DNA of 64,000 nucleotides. It comes from an uncultured virus (IMG/VR IMGVR_UViG_3300023283_000176) (taxonomy: Duplodnaviria > Heunggongvirae > Uroviricota > Caudoviricetes). Both the position numbers and the translations under genes were made by a program. The stretch lies in IMG/VR virus record IMGVR_UViG_3300023283_000176. One strand, 5' to 3'. This document shows, piece after piece, positions 1 to 8,562 of the stretch (position 1 is its first letter; each line of letters starts with the position of its first letter). The notes beneath the pieces are model-generated. The model worked only from the letters and a program-made list of their open reading frames with translations, was not told the DNA's origin and did not search any database.

Positions 1-174
1 AATCACACCATTCTGAAAGACGACCCCGAGTTTGATGCAAAGATCAATGATCTGATTACTGAGATGGAAACGTTTCAGAAAGCAAAAATTCAAGAACAGA
101 CCACTAAAGCGTTAGAAAACTACCTCGCAGGGCTGGTCGATTTGAAAGATAAGATAGCACAGGCGAATTATTAA
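1..174 (+). CDS. 3' part of a small tail-associated protein, paralog of ORF 50809..51084
   Basis: Frame 1 reads NHTILKDDPEFDAKINDLITEMETFQKAKIQEQTTKALENYLAGLVDLKDKIAQANY*; nt 1-104 are the exact reverse complement of 50873-50976. Confidence 0.85.
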   Translation, partial: NHTILKDDPEFDAKINDLITEMETFQKAKIQEQTTKALENYLAGLVDLKDKIAQANY

Positions 175-190
175 CACACTGACATAAATC

Positions 191-220
191 AAGAGGGGCA
201 GGGTAAAACCTGTCCTTTTT
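191..220 (+). terminator. Intrinsic terminator after the partial CDS
   Basis: AGGGGCAGG-gtaaaa-CCTGTCCTT hairpin followed by T run. Confidence 0.6.
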
Positions 221-291
221 TAATGGATGAAAGTTATCTAATCTATCTGTGAGGTCCCCAAGGGTTCCCCGTGATGAAATCCGCCCCAAAA

Positions 292-331
292 AGAAAAACC
301 CTGCAAGTCTGTAAATTGTTGACCTGCAAGG
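292..331 (-). terminator. Terminator-like hairpin downstream of the attP1 tRNA fragment
   Basis: CCCTGCAAGTC...GACCTGCAAGG imperfect stem; T run follows on the minus strand; loop contains TAAATTGTTG like the 27957 hairpin. Confidence 0.55.
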
Positions 332-342
332 CTTTAAGTGTG

Positions 343-390
343 TGGGCGCTACTGGATTCGAACCAGTGACCCCCTGCTTGTAAGACAGAT
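343..390 (-). other. attP core 1: 3' half of tRNA-Val(TAC)
   Basis: Reverse complement ATCTGTCTTACAAGCAGGGGGTCACTGGTTCGAATCCAGTAGCGCCCA gives an anticodon arm (TAC), T arm and 3' acceptor strand, with no 5' half; lies directly upstream of an integrase. Confidence 0.85.
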
Positions 391-494
391 TGCGTGTGTA
401 TTTGGGTATGATTAATTATTATTTAAAGTATTGTTTTTGTTGATATAAAGCCGGTTTTCGTTTATATTCATTCTCAATGGTTCTCACAACTGGC

Positions 495-515
495 GTGCCC
501 CAGGTGTGCCCCAAA
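495..515. repeat. Putative integrase arm-type sites (GTGCCCCA x2; related CCCC repeats at 252-290)
   Basis: Tandem GTGCCCCA repeats beside the att core. Confidence 0.5.
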
Positions 516-525
516 ACAAGATACA

Positions 526-1713
526 ATGCCAAAGAAAAAATTGACTGCAAAATTCGTGGATAAGATTAAAGTAGATAAACGCACTGCTTATTATGATATG
601 GTTATAAATGGATTAGGGTTAAGAGTTTCACAAACTGGGACGAAAACCTTTTTCTATCGCCACCACGCGAATGGTAAACAATATAGACATACATTGGGAC
701 ATTACCCAACAATGTCACTCGCTGATGCAAGAGCAGAAGTTCTTGGAATGCAAAGTAAAATACGGAAGGGAGAATTTCCAGTTGAAGAGGAACCTTCTGA
801 TGATATCACCTTTAAAGAACTGCACGAAATCTACAAAAAAATTCTTCTCCCAACTATGAGAGAAAAATCTCAAGATTTCCACAATTGGGTCGTAAACTCA
901 AAAATCTTACCCGTGTTTGGTGATCAACCGATAGACGAAATCACGAAAAAAGACGTGGTGCGAATGTTAGATAAAATAGCCATTGAAAATGAAACTCCTA
1001 CCACCGCCAATCGTACCCGTGCCCGTTTACATCATATCTTTGAGTTCGCTGTGGATCGTGGATATATTGAGACTAATGTAGTTTCAAGTACGAAGCCATA
1101 TAAGGGTGGAGAAACTCAGAGGGAGAGGTACTATGATGAGTTAGAAACTAAAGCGATTTGGGAAGTCATAGAAAAACAGAATGAGCCTGTGAGGTCCTAT
1201 CTAAAGATTATAACCCTGACGGGTCAGCGACGTACAGAAACCCTGAATATGCGCTGGCAGGACATTGAGAGACTAAAAGAAAACGATTTCGAGGGGTGGG
1301 TTTGGAGAATACCGCCTGAGAAGAGTAAATCTAAGCGGGAGCATATTGTACCGCTATCCCTGTTTGCCCATGAGGTAATTGAAAATTTACGGCAAGACTA
1401 CTGCGAGTTTGTTTTCGCGTCAAGATTCAAAGACGGGGTGACTATCGGTTTGAAAACAGTTAAACGGGCTGTCAAAAATATAAAGGAAGAGACTGGAATT
1501 AATTTCAGACTCCACGACATGCGTAGGACGGTAGCCACTCACATGGCTAAAAATGGTGTATCGGCGGAAGTCTTGAGTCGGGTCCTCAACCATAAAAGCG
1601 GTGGTGGTGGAAACGTGATCACCAGGATTTACAACCGACACAGCTATTTACCTGAGAAAAAAGAAGCTTTGAATCTTTGGGGTAAGAAATTACAGGAAAT
1701 CATCGAGGCATAA
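526..1713 (+). CDS. int: Tyrosine integrase 1 (P4/IntA-like, N-terminal arm-binding domain)
   Basis: GLGLRVSQTGTKTFFYR arm domain; catalytic TGQRRTE, K, HDMRRT, LNH, IYNR. Confidence 0.95.
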   Translation: MPKKKLTAKFVDKIKVDKRTAYYDMVINGLGLRVSQTGTKTFFYRHHANGKQYRHTLGHYPTMSLADARAEVLGMQSKIRKGEFPVEEEPSDDITFKELHEIYKKILLPTMREKSQDFHNWVVNSKILPVFGDQPIDEITKKDVVRMLDKIAIENETPTTANRTRARLHHIFEFAVDRGYIETNVVSSTKPYKGGETQRERYYDELETKAIWEVIEKQNEPVRSYLKIITLTGQRRTETLNMRWQDIERLKENDFEGWVWRIPPEKSKSKREHIVPLSLFAHEVIENLRQDYCEFVFASRFKDGVTIGLKTVKRAVKNIKEETGINFRLHDMRRTVATHMAKNGVSAEVLSRVLNHKSGGGGNVITRIYNRHSYLPEKKEALNLWGKKLQEIIEA

Positions 1714-1723
1714 AAATGAAACT

Positions 1724-2200
1724 TTGACAACTCCCACGGCTAAAGCAAGTGGGATTCTTGCACGACGCTTGCCCTTCATGCGGCTACGTTATCGCACAGA
1801 AGCGATTGCCCTCGCTCCTTAATATTCTTACTCGCGTTAAGATCAGCATTGTCCGTATGACCACACTTAACACATTCAAATTCACTTTGACTCTGACGAT
1901 TCTCCTTACTTATATGTCCACAATTGTTACACTCTTGGGAAGTGTATTTTGGATCAACTTTCACAACATCAGTCTTATATGAAAGCATATTTACAAACAT
2001 AGACCAACTGGCGTCCGAAATGTGGTTACTGAGTCTGTTGTTTTTGGACATCCCGGATACATTCAAATCTTCAACAAAAACTGTATTATTCTCTTTGGCT
2101 ATTTGAGTTGACAGTTTATGGAGAAAGTCTTTTCTGACACGTTTTAATTTCAAATGTGTACGTCTAATCCTTTCTACTTGTTTGTACCAATTATTTGTCG
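1724..2200 (-). mobile_element. IS200/IS605-family remnant: right end plus 5'-truncated tnpB
   Basis: Minus strand ends GAATCCCACTTGCTTTAGCCGTGGGAGTTGTCAA (hairpin plus TCAA); tnpB C-terminus lies upstream. Confidence 0.8.
1776..2200 (-). pseudogene. tnpB: Truncated TnpB (RuvC-II, Zn finger, RuvC-III only)
   Basis: DFLHKLS, VEDLNVSGM, YTSQECNNCGH, FECVKCGHTDNADLNASKNI; N-terminal half and RuvC-I are absent. Confidence 0.85.
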
Positions 2201-2254
2201 TAAGGAATTGGTGTTTTTCTGTTCATATAGAAAAGAGAACTAAAATTATAGACT

Positions 2255-2404
2255 ATGAAACAGGAAATTGAAATACTGCAACAAATTGAAAGTTATGTAA
2301 GGGGAGAATTAAGTGAAACTGAGATAGACTATCTATGGACCCAGTTTTTAAAGAACCCTGAATATTACAATTGGTTTGAAATAATGTTGATGCTTACCAA
2401 ATAA
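2255..2404 (+). CDS. 49-aa protein resembling an anti-sigma-factor N-terminal domain
   Basis: Hand translation MKQEIEILQQIESYVRGELSETEIDYLWTQFLKNPEYYNWFEIMLMLTK; I..Y..GELS..E...L pattern. Confidence 0.5.
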   Translation: MKQEIEILQQIESYVRGELSETEIDYLWTQFLKNPEYYNWFEIMLMLTK

Positions 2405-2469
2405 ACGAAATTTCCACGATTCTGCACTATTTAATATTAGAGGTTAACCTTTAATATTCAGACAGAGAG

Positions 2470-3729
2470 ATGGCAAATTTCAAGAGGAAAAAATACGACT
2501 ACGTTTTAAACAAACCTACTAACCAGTTAATACAGACGCTTAAACAGAAACCCAGTTTCGTCGGATGGTCGCCTGAGAGGGTGGCAGATTATTTTGATAC
2601 CACAGTTGGCACAGCTAAAAACGCCTTAGCATACCTAACACAGAATGGAACCGAGATAGAAAATGAATCAGTTGAATTTAAAGCTGACAAAAATTTTGAG
2701 AAGAAAGCTGACCAATTTGGTGTAAAAACCGATTATGAACATTTTCTGGACACTCATGGAATTGACCCCGAAGATGTTGTTCAGGTTTATTTCAAAGGTA
2801 ATGGCGATAAAATTGATTTCACGGTCAATACAAGATTCAACCAAGATGAAAAAGATTTGGACGAGCAACGATTAGTTCATTTTTTACAATCTAAAAGATT
2901 TGAATTGCCATTACCGAAAGCACAATGTAAAACATATCCGGACACAATTGCGGTAATTAACCTTTACGATGCCCATGTTGACAAATTAGGGCATCTCGGG
3001 GAAGGTGGTAAATCGGAATTAGAAAGGAATTTGACTGTTTTGAAAGACGAATTTCAGAAAATCCTGGAAAAGGTTTTAAAAGACCAGCCAAACAATATCA
3101 TTTTTCCCATCGGTAATGATTTTTTCAATACCAACGGAAGTGAACCAGCTACGAAAAAGGGAACACCACAAGAAACCTCTATTCATTGGCAAGACGCCTT
3201 TGAAGCAGGCATTGATTTTTATCGTTCCTGTATTGATGAAATTATAAAATACTGTAATGTAACTTTGATTTCAATTTCAGGAAACCATGATTCAGATAAA
3301 ACTTATTATTTGGGTCAGGTTTTAAAAGGCGTTTATGGGAACGAACCCAGAGTGAAAATGGATATGACTAAAAACAATCGTAAATATCTGTTTGAGAGTG
3401 ACGTTTTATTTGGTTTCCAGCATGGTGATATAGCCAAAAATAAAATCCGTAGACTGCCCAATGTTATGGCCGTTGAACAACCTGAAAATTGGGGGGAAGC
3501 GAAGTATCGAGTGTGGTTGCTTGGAGATGTGCACCACAAAGAAAAATATACAACATTTTCTACGTTGGAAGATCAAGGAGTTGAGATCCATTTCTTCCGG
3601 TCAGCTACCAGCGCAGATACATGGCATTATGATCAAATGTGGATTGATGCTAAAAAAAGCATTACTGCTATCGTGTTCCAGAATTCAGCGAAAGATCTAC
3701 ACACATACGAAACTATATTTCAAAACTAA
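2470..3729 (+). CDS. Calcineurin-like metallophosphoesterase
   Basis: Motifs DAH, GND, GNHD, HGD, GDVHH. Confidence 0.85.
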   Translation: MANFKRKKYDYVLNKPTNQLIQTLKQKPSFVGWSPERVADYFDTTVGTAKNALAYLTQNGTEIENESVEFKADKNFEKKADQFGVKTDYEHFLDTHGIDPEDVVQVYFKGNGDKIDFTVNTRFNQDEKDLDEQRLVHFLQSKRFELPLPKAQCKTYPDTIAVINLYDAHVDKLGHLGEGGKSELERNLTVLKDEFQKILEKVLKDQPNNIIFPIGNDFFNTNGSEPATKKGTPQETSIHWQDAFEAGIDFYRSCIDEIIKYCNVTLISISGNHDSDKTYYLGQVLKGVYGNEPRVKMDMTKNNRKYLFESDVLFGFQHGDIAKNKIRRLPNVMAVEQPENWGEAKYRVWLLGDVHHKEKYTTFSTLEDQGVEIHFFRSATSADTWHYDQMWIDAKKSITAIVFQNSAKDLHTYETIFQN

Positions 3730-3738
3730 TTAATTACT

Positions 3739-4128
3739 ATGCCCCAAAAAACAGAAGATAGAGACTATAAGAAAGAATATCGTAGATATCATGGCAAGCC
3801 CGAACAACGTAAACGACGAAGCAAACGCAATAAAGCCAGGCGTAAAATGGCTAAAAAGGGTCGTGTAAAGAAAGGTGATGGTAAAGAGGTTGACCATCGT
3901 GTACCACTCAGCAAAGGGGGTTCAAATCACGAATCTAATCTCAGGGTAACATCACGTAAGGCTAATAGAAAAAAATACGACGGTGGTGGACGTAAACGTA
4001 AAGGTGAACGTAAACGCCGTGCAAACAAAAAATACAAACCCAAAACCGCTTCACAGCGACGTAGGGTCAAGGAAAAAATGACAGCCCGACCACAGTACCC
4101 AAAGAAAAGTAGAATTAAGAATAAATAG
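3739..4128 (+). CDS. Basic HNH endonuclease-like protein
   Basis: EVDHRVPLSKGGSNHESNL HNH motif; very K/R-rich. Confidence 0.8.
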   Translation: MPQKTEDRDYKKEYRRYHGKPEQRKRRSKRNKARRKMAKKGRVKKGDGKEVDHRVPLSKGGSNHESNLRVTSRKANRKKYDGGGRKRKGERKRRANKKYKPKTASQRRRVKEKMTARPQYPKKSRIKNK

Positions 4129-4137
4129 GATATAATT

Positions 4138-4557
4138 ATGCCCGATTTTAAAAAGGACAGAGTAGAAAAAAAGCAACAAAATTTTTCAAAGAATGTAGAA
4201 CCCAGGATTGGAAACGGAGAAGAAAGGAACACAGAAAGACAAATTAAACCTGTTGAAACTAACAGGCGTTCTGTGGACCCAACTCCAAACCCTTCTTTTG
4301 AACACCCTAAAGGACACGTTTCTGCTGGATTTAGAGGTTCAGTGAAACAGGGCGTTTTATCAAGGACTCCCAACAATGCAGTTTTCCCTTCTGGCGATAG
4401 CCAACCAAGACAACCAAATGGTAGCACAAAGCCTGCCAATCTTAGTCGTAGTACCACAAAGAGGTCGAAACTGAGTGGAAGTACGAATGAGGCCAATGTT
4501 ACCAGAAAAGGACGTTTAGTTAAACCCAATGGAAGGGTGAGACGGCGTAATCCGTAA
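4138..4557 (+). CDS. Hypothetical basic, low-complexity protein
   Basis: ORF in operon context, followed by a terminator. Confidence 0.6.
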   Translation: MPDFKKDRVEKKQQNFSKNVEPRIGNGEERNTERQIKPVETNRRSVDPTPNPSFEHPKGHVSAGFRGSVKQGVLSRTPNNAVFPSGDSQPRQPNGSTKPANLSRSTTKRSKLSGSTNEANVTRKGRLVKPNGRVRRRNP

Positions 4558-4570
4558 CATGGGGTATATG

Positions 4571-4602
4571 ATGGGGGGTGCTTCACCCCTCATCTTTTTT
4601 TT
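4571..4602 (+). terminator. Intrinsic terminator
   Basis: ATGGGGGGTG-ctt-CACCCCTCAT followed by a T run. Confidence 0.75.
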
Positions 4603-4687
4603 GTGTTGTGTAGGAATTTTTTTGAAATCCATAAAACCCTTTATACATTGGCATCAGATTAAAGAATTGTCCTCTAAACCCCAAACA

Positions 4688-4855
4688 ATGAATGCTGAAC
4701 ACGAACTTATTATTGCCTTAGTTCAAGCCCTCAAAGACACAAACAGATTCATAGAACCATTCATATTTGAATCTGCTGAATTAAGCGCACAATTATCTGA
4801 AAATGAAGAACTGATTCAGATGGTCGAACCTGACATCGACAATTTTAACTTTTAA
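4688..4855 (+). CDS. Hypothetical protein (start reassigned to MNAEHEL)
   Basis: ATG 4688 directly follows CCTCTAAACCCC. Confidence 0.6.
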   Translation: MNAEHELIIALVQALKDTNRFIEPFIFESAELSAQLSENEELIQMVEPDIDNFNF

Positions 4856-4863
4856 CCCCCCCT

Positions 4864-5145
4864 ATGATTAATAAATTTACAGAATGGATAGGTCAAGCCC
4901 TATATGAAGATGCACTTGAATTTGTGAATACTGGCATTAAAAAAGCCGATGTAGCTTATCAACGTTTAGCTGAGTCCAAAGAAGTGAAAAAACAAAAAAA
5001 TGACAAAATCACGGAAAAGATTCGAAAAATGAACCAAAAAAAGGATCAAAACAATCGTGAAATTGAAAACATTGGTAAACAACAAAAACAACTTTCAAAT
5101 CTGATGACAAACTTGGAAAAATTGAAATCACCCCCTACGCCCTAA
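4864..5145 (+). CDS. Hypothetical coiled-coil protein
   Basis: ORF with K/Q/N-rich heptads. Confidence 0.6.
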   Translation: MINKFTEWIGQALYEDALEFVNTGIKKADVAYQRLAESKEVKKQKNDKITEKIRKMNQKKDQNNREIENIGKQQKQLSNLMTNLEKLKSPPTP

Positions 5146-5254
5146 CCTCTAAACCCAAACCAAACCCCCTACGGTGTGGCATGTGAAAGCGTCACTTCCG
5201 TCTCCCATAATGGGAAATTTAATTAAAAGATGATCCTCTAAACCTCAATATATT

Positions 5255-5893
5255 ATGTCCGAACACGCCCCTTTTTATAATATTACTTTCGACGGAATCT
5301 CTGCCCAAGATTTTGAATTCGATGCTGATATAATCTCAATCGAAGGGATGATTGTTAATTCGTCAGATCCGTATGGAACCCTGCGTACAATTTTGAAAAC
5401 AATTAAGACCAAACACGGTATCGAAGATGCGTCTAATTTCGAAATCATGTTATTCCTATCTGAAACATATTTTCAGAAATTGGAAAAAATGATTGTCGAA
5501 AATTCATTGGGTGATTTTGAATCTGGTAATCCATACTTCAAATGTGAAACCAGTCTTGGTCCCATCATTGTTAAACCTATTGAACCAACCGAGATGGAAG
5601 AAACAATTAATGACGGTGTAACTAACATTTCTGTCCAATGTATGCCTCAGTTATTTGAAGATCTGATTAACACTGTAGGCAGTTTTAAAAAACTCATTGA
5701 CGTGGTCAAGGAAGAAAATTTGGCTAAAGGAAATCCCGTAATTGGTATTGAACCAGATTCTTTTTTAAATCTGAAAAAATTAGCATTTGAACATCTGGAA
5801 ACTTTAACTATGGATATTGATGGTCAAGAGATCAAATTCTTTCCAGAGGTAAAGTCCTGCAATTATCCAAAATGTGACTGTGACAAAGTATGA
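5255..5893 (+). CDS. Hypothetical protein
   Basis: 212-aa ORF preceded by the upstream motif. Confidence 0.7.
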   Translation: MSEHAPFYNITFDGISAQDFEFDADIISIEGMIVNSSDPYGTLRTILKTIKTKHGIEDASNFEIMLFLSETYFQKLEKMIVENSLGDFESGNPYFKCETSLGPIIVKPIEPTEMEETINDGVTNISVQCMPQLFEDLINTVGSFKKLIDVVKEENLAKGNPVIGIEPDSFLNLKKLAFEHLETLTMDIDGQEIKFFPEVKSCNYPKCDCDKV

Positions 5894-6468
5894 CATGGCC
5901 CCAGTTTTACAAAGATAGGGTGGGTAGCCATCAATACCTACTCTACTTTGTAGACAAATATACCCCTTTTATTGATAAAATAAGTGAGTTGGTAGAAGAT
6001 TATATGTTTGGTATAGGAGAATTTGGTTGTGGGATTGCAACCACTTCAAAAGCCTTACAATACATTGGGTTGCCACATACTCATTACTGTTATGATATCT
6101 GTCCAACAATGTTGTATTTAGCTCGTGAGAACGTATTTCCGGATTTCTATTTTGGAAATTGCGAGACTCGCAAGTGTTTATTCCATTTACATGATATAAG
6201 TAAAAAAATGCCACCTCGACGTTATGACTTAATACATAGTCACGGCGTACTTGAACATTTTTCAGATGTTGAAATACAATCCATCATATATCATCAGCTT
6301 AATATGTCAGATAATATTGTTCATTATGTTCCAGGAGAATACGATGAACCTTCATTTGGAGACGAACGTTTAATGTCTGCATCGCAATGGCGGGAAATTT
6401 TGAAAGACTATCCTGTCGAAGTGTCTCAATTTAATGAAAATGATTTAATGATAACCTCTAAACCCTAA
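5890..6468 (+). CDS. Class I SAM-dependent methyltransferase
   Basis: EFGCGIA motif I; YDLIHSHGVLEHF. Confidence 0.8.
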   Translation: MTWPQFYKDRVGSHQYLLYFVDKYTPFIDKISELVEDYMFGIGEFGCGIATTSKALQYIGLPHTHYCYDICPTMLYLARENVFPDFYFGNCETRKCLFHLHDISKKMPPRRYDLIHSHGVLEHFSDVEIQSIIYHQLNMSDNIVHYVPGEYDEPSFGDERLMSASQWREILKDYPVEVSQFNENDLMITSKP

Positions 6469-6470
6469 TT

Positions 6471-7013
6471 ATGAAAGAACCGATTTCCACTATTACTAAT
6501 TTATTTTATGGTATCGTAGGTGTCATGTTTATTGGCGAATTGCCCTTAGTTGGGTTGGCACTGATTTCATTATTCGTGTCATCGGCATGGTTTCATTGGA
6601 CCAAAGGAATCAAAGCAAACACTGCTGATGTAATGGGCATGTTTTTTGTGTTCAATTCTATTATCGGAGCAATTATGGTAAACTTGGGTGCCTCTTTATT
6701 TGCCAGCCATGCTTTTGTAGTAGGAATGACAGCATTTATGGTTTGGAAAAGAGATTCTTATTCAACCATAGAAACGATAGCTATCCAATTTGCAATGATC
6801 ATCCTGGGCATGTCAGTGATTACAAATGATCTGTGGTTTATCGGTTGGTTTGGTTTAGCGATGATATTCAATATACCGTTTCTATTTCATCAAACATTTA
6901 ACAAAATCACAGGCATTGCATTAAATGAAAATTTAGTTGATGTGAGTCATGGCATATGGCATGTATCCACAGCAATGGGTTTTCACGAATTAATAACCAA
7001 TTTAACCTCTTAA
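6471..7013 (+). CDS. Multi-pass membrane protein, CREST (ceramidase/hemolysin-III/PAQR)-like
   Basis: About six TM segments; SSAWFH, D, HGIWH motifs. Confidence 0.6.
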   Translation: MKEPISTITNLFYGIVGVMFIGELPLVGLALISLFVSSAWFHWTKGIKANTADVMGMFFVFNSIIGAIMVNLGASLFASHAFVVGMTAFMVWKRDSYSTIETIAIQFAMIILGMSVITNDLWFIGWFGLAMIFNIPFLFHQTFNKITGIALNENLVDVSHGIWHVSTAMGFHELITNLTS

Positions 7014-7015
7014 TT

Positions 7016-7522
7016 ATGAACAAAACAAAAATGTCAGAAGAACGAAATATATTTGCTTCGAATACTTTTATCGAACGCCCAACAACAGACCCTGTCAGAC
7101 TTGTGCATGAAGCTAACGTAGTTATAAATGTTTCCAAAAAAATGTTCTTAGAAGAAGTGTGGGGGGATTTATGGAAACTTGAAAAACCGCCAACACTTAC
7201 ACTTAGTGAATACGAAAAAGAAGCCAGAAAAACAGCAATTTATCCCAATTCGGTCAATATTCTTTACCCTTCTCTTGGTTTGGCCGGTGAGGCAGGTGAA
7301 ATAGCCAATAAAGTCAAGAAAATTTATCGTGATGACAAAGGAAAATTAAAAGAAGGTCGTCGTGAAGAAATAGAAAAAGAATTGGGCGACGTGCTTTGGT
7401 ATTTATCGGCTGTAGCAAAAGACATAGGCACTGATTTGAATACTGTGGCTTGCCAAAATTTGATGAAACTTAAAAGACGACAAGCAGAAAATAAAATTCA
7501 AGGGAGTGGCGATGAGCGGTAA
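7016..7522 (+). CDS. mazG: MazG-like nucleotide pyrophosphohydrolase
   Basis: LGLAGEAGEIANKVKK...ELGDVLWY; start reassigned to ATG 7016. Confidence 0.85.
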   Translation: MNKTKMSEERNIFASNTFIERPTTDPVRLVHEANVVINVSKKMFLEEVWGDLWKLEKPPTLTLSEYEKEARKTAIYPNSVNILYPSLGLAGEAGEIANKVKKIYRDDKGKLKEGRREEIEKELGDVLWYLSAVAKDIGTDLNTVACQNLMKLKRRQAENKIQGSGDER

Positions 7523-8144
7523 GTTAATAGGAATATCGGGTAAAGCTGGTTCAGGCAAAGACACATTATTTAAATTGATTGATTTTGTGGCTACGCCAGA
7601 CATTTTATTTGAAAACAAAAAATTTGCTTACAAAGTCAAATTGATAGCCAGCGTTCTCACAGGCATCCCCCTGAAAAAATTTGACGACCAGAAGTTTAAA
7701 AAGGAACGTCTTGGTTACGAATGGTCACAAGTAAAACATTATATGACCCAAGGCTGTAAACATGGTTATTTAGATGTTATGACTGTCCGAGAATTACTAC
7801 AGAAGATAGGTACAGAAGCCATCAGAGATAATGTTCATCCGAATGCGTGGATTAACGCTCTTTTTACTGATTACAGTGACATTTGCAATTGGATTATAAC
7901 AGATGTCCGATTTCCAAATGAAGCTGATGCTATTAAAGAACGTGATGGTTTTTTGGTCCGCATCGAACGACCAGAGTTAAAAAGATATGATCATCTGTCT
8001 GAAACAGCGTTAGACGATTATGATGGTTTTGACCACACTATAATTAACGATGCGAGTATTGTGGATCTTTATGATCAATGTTCGCCAATTTTTGACTACA
8101 TAGGCATCGAAAACTATAACGAGAAAACAACTAAACACCAATGA
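7512..8144 (+). CDS. Deoxynucleoside monophosphate kinase
   Basis: GISGKAGSGKDT P-loop; RELLQKIGTE; ITDVRFPNE; HLSE. Confidence 0.9.
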   Translation: MSGKLIGISGKAGSGKDTLFKLIDFVATPDILFENKKFAYKVKLIASVLTGIPLKKFDDQKFKKERLGYEWSQVKHYMTQGCKHGYLDVMTVRELLQKIGTEAIRDNVHPNAWINALFTDYSDICNWIITDVRFPNEADAIKERDGFLVRIERPELKRYDHLSETALDDYDGFDHTIINDASIVDLYDQCSPIFDYIGIENYNEKTTKHQ

Positions 8145-8277
8145 AACGTCTCATACAATTAAAGTTGACATTAACTTTAATACCAAAAAACTTAGCTGAC
8201 CTCAAATTACACTATAAAGCAGGTACGTTGATTATTCAGGTGTACCGATTATTGATTGTACTTATACGGGTAAAAAT

Positions 8278-8562
8278 ATGACTGTATTAGAATATGCAAC
8301 CGTTGTGTTTATTACACAGTTAATTTTCATCGGTACGCGTACATGGAACGTCAGAGCCATATCAGACCGTAATCTCTTTCAAGTATTGTTGTCCGGCGCT
8401 TTTGTTCACATTTCATGGTTAGTGTCTGTGGCCATTGGTGCTGTTTCAATGCATGAAATAATCGCTAATTTTAATTTTGAATACATTCCCGTTGTTATTG
8501 GTTCACTTACTGGTGGATTGATTGGCAGTTGGATTGGTTTAATGGAAAAGGACAAGAAATGA
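8278..8562 (+). CDS. Small membrane protein
   Basis: Three hydrophobic segments. Confidence 0.65.
   Translation: MTVLEYATVVFITQLIFIGTRTWNVRAISDRNLFQVLLSGAFVHISWLVSVAIGAVSMHEIIANFNFEYIPVVIGSLTGGLIGSWIGLMEKDKK

Noticed and set aside
1..174. Diversity-generating retroelement template/variable repeat pair with 50809-50976
   Set aside because: The first 104 bp are identical, later differences are not adenine-specific, and no reverse transcriptase is in the window
343..390. Functional tRNA-Val (and tRNA-Gly at 28001-28047)
   Set aside because: Only 3' halves are present, each next to an integrase, so they are attP cores
3927..4586. 219-aa minus-strand ORF and the similar 22554-22997 ORF
   Set aside because: Antisense shadows of K/R-rich plus-strand genes
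5168..5215. Hairpins after a motif copy at 5144 as a named ncRNA
   Set aside because: Only two short stems; too little to support a call
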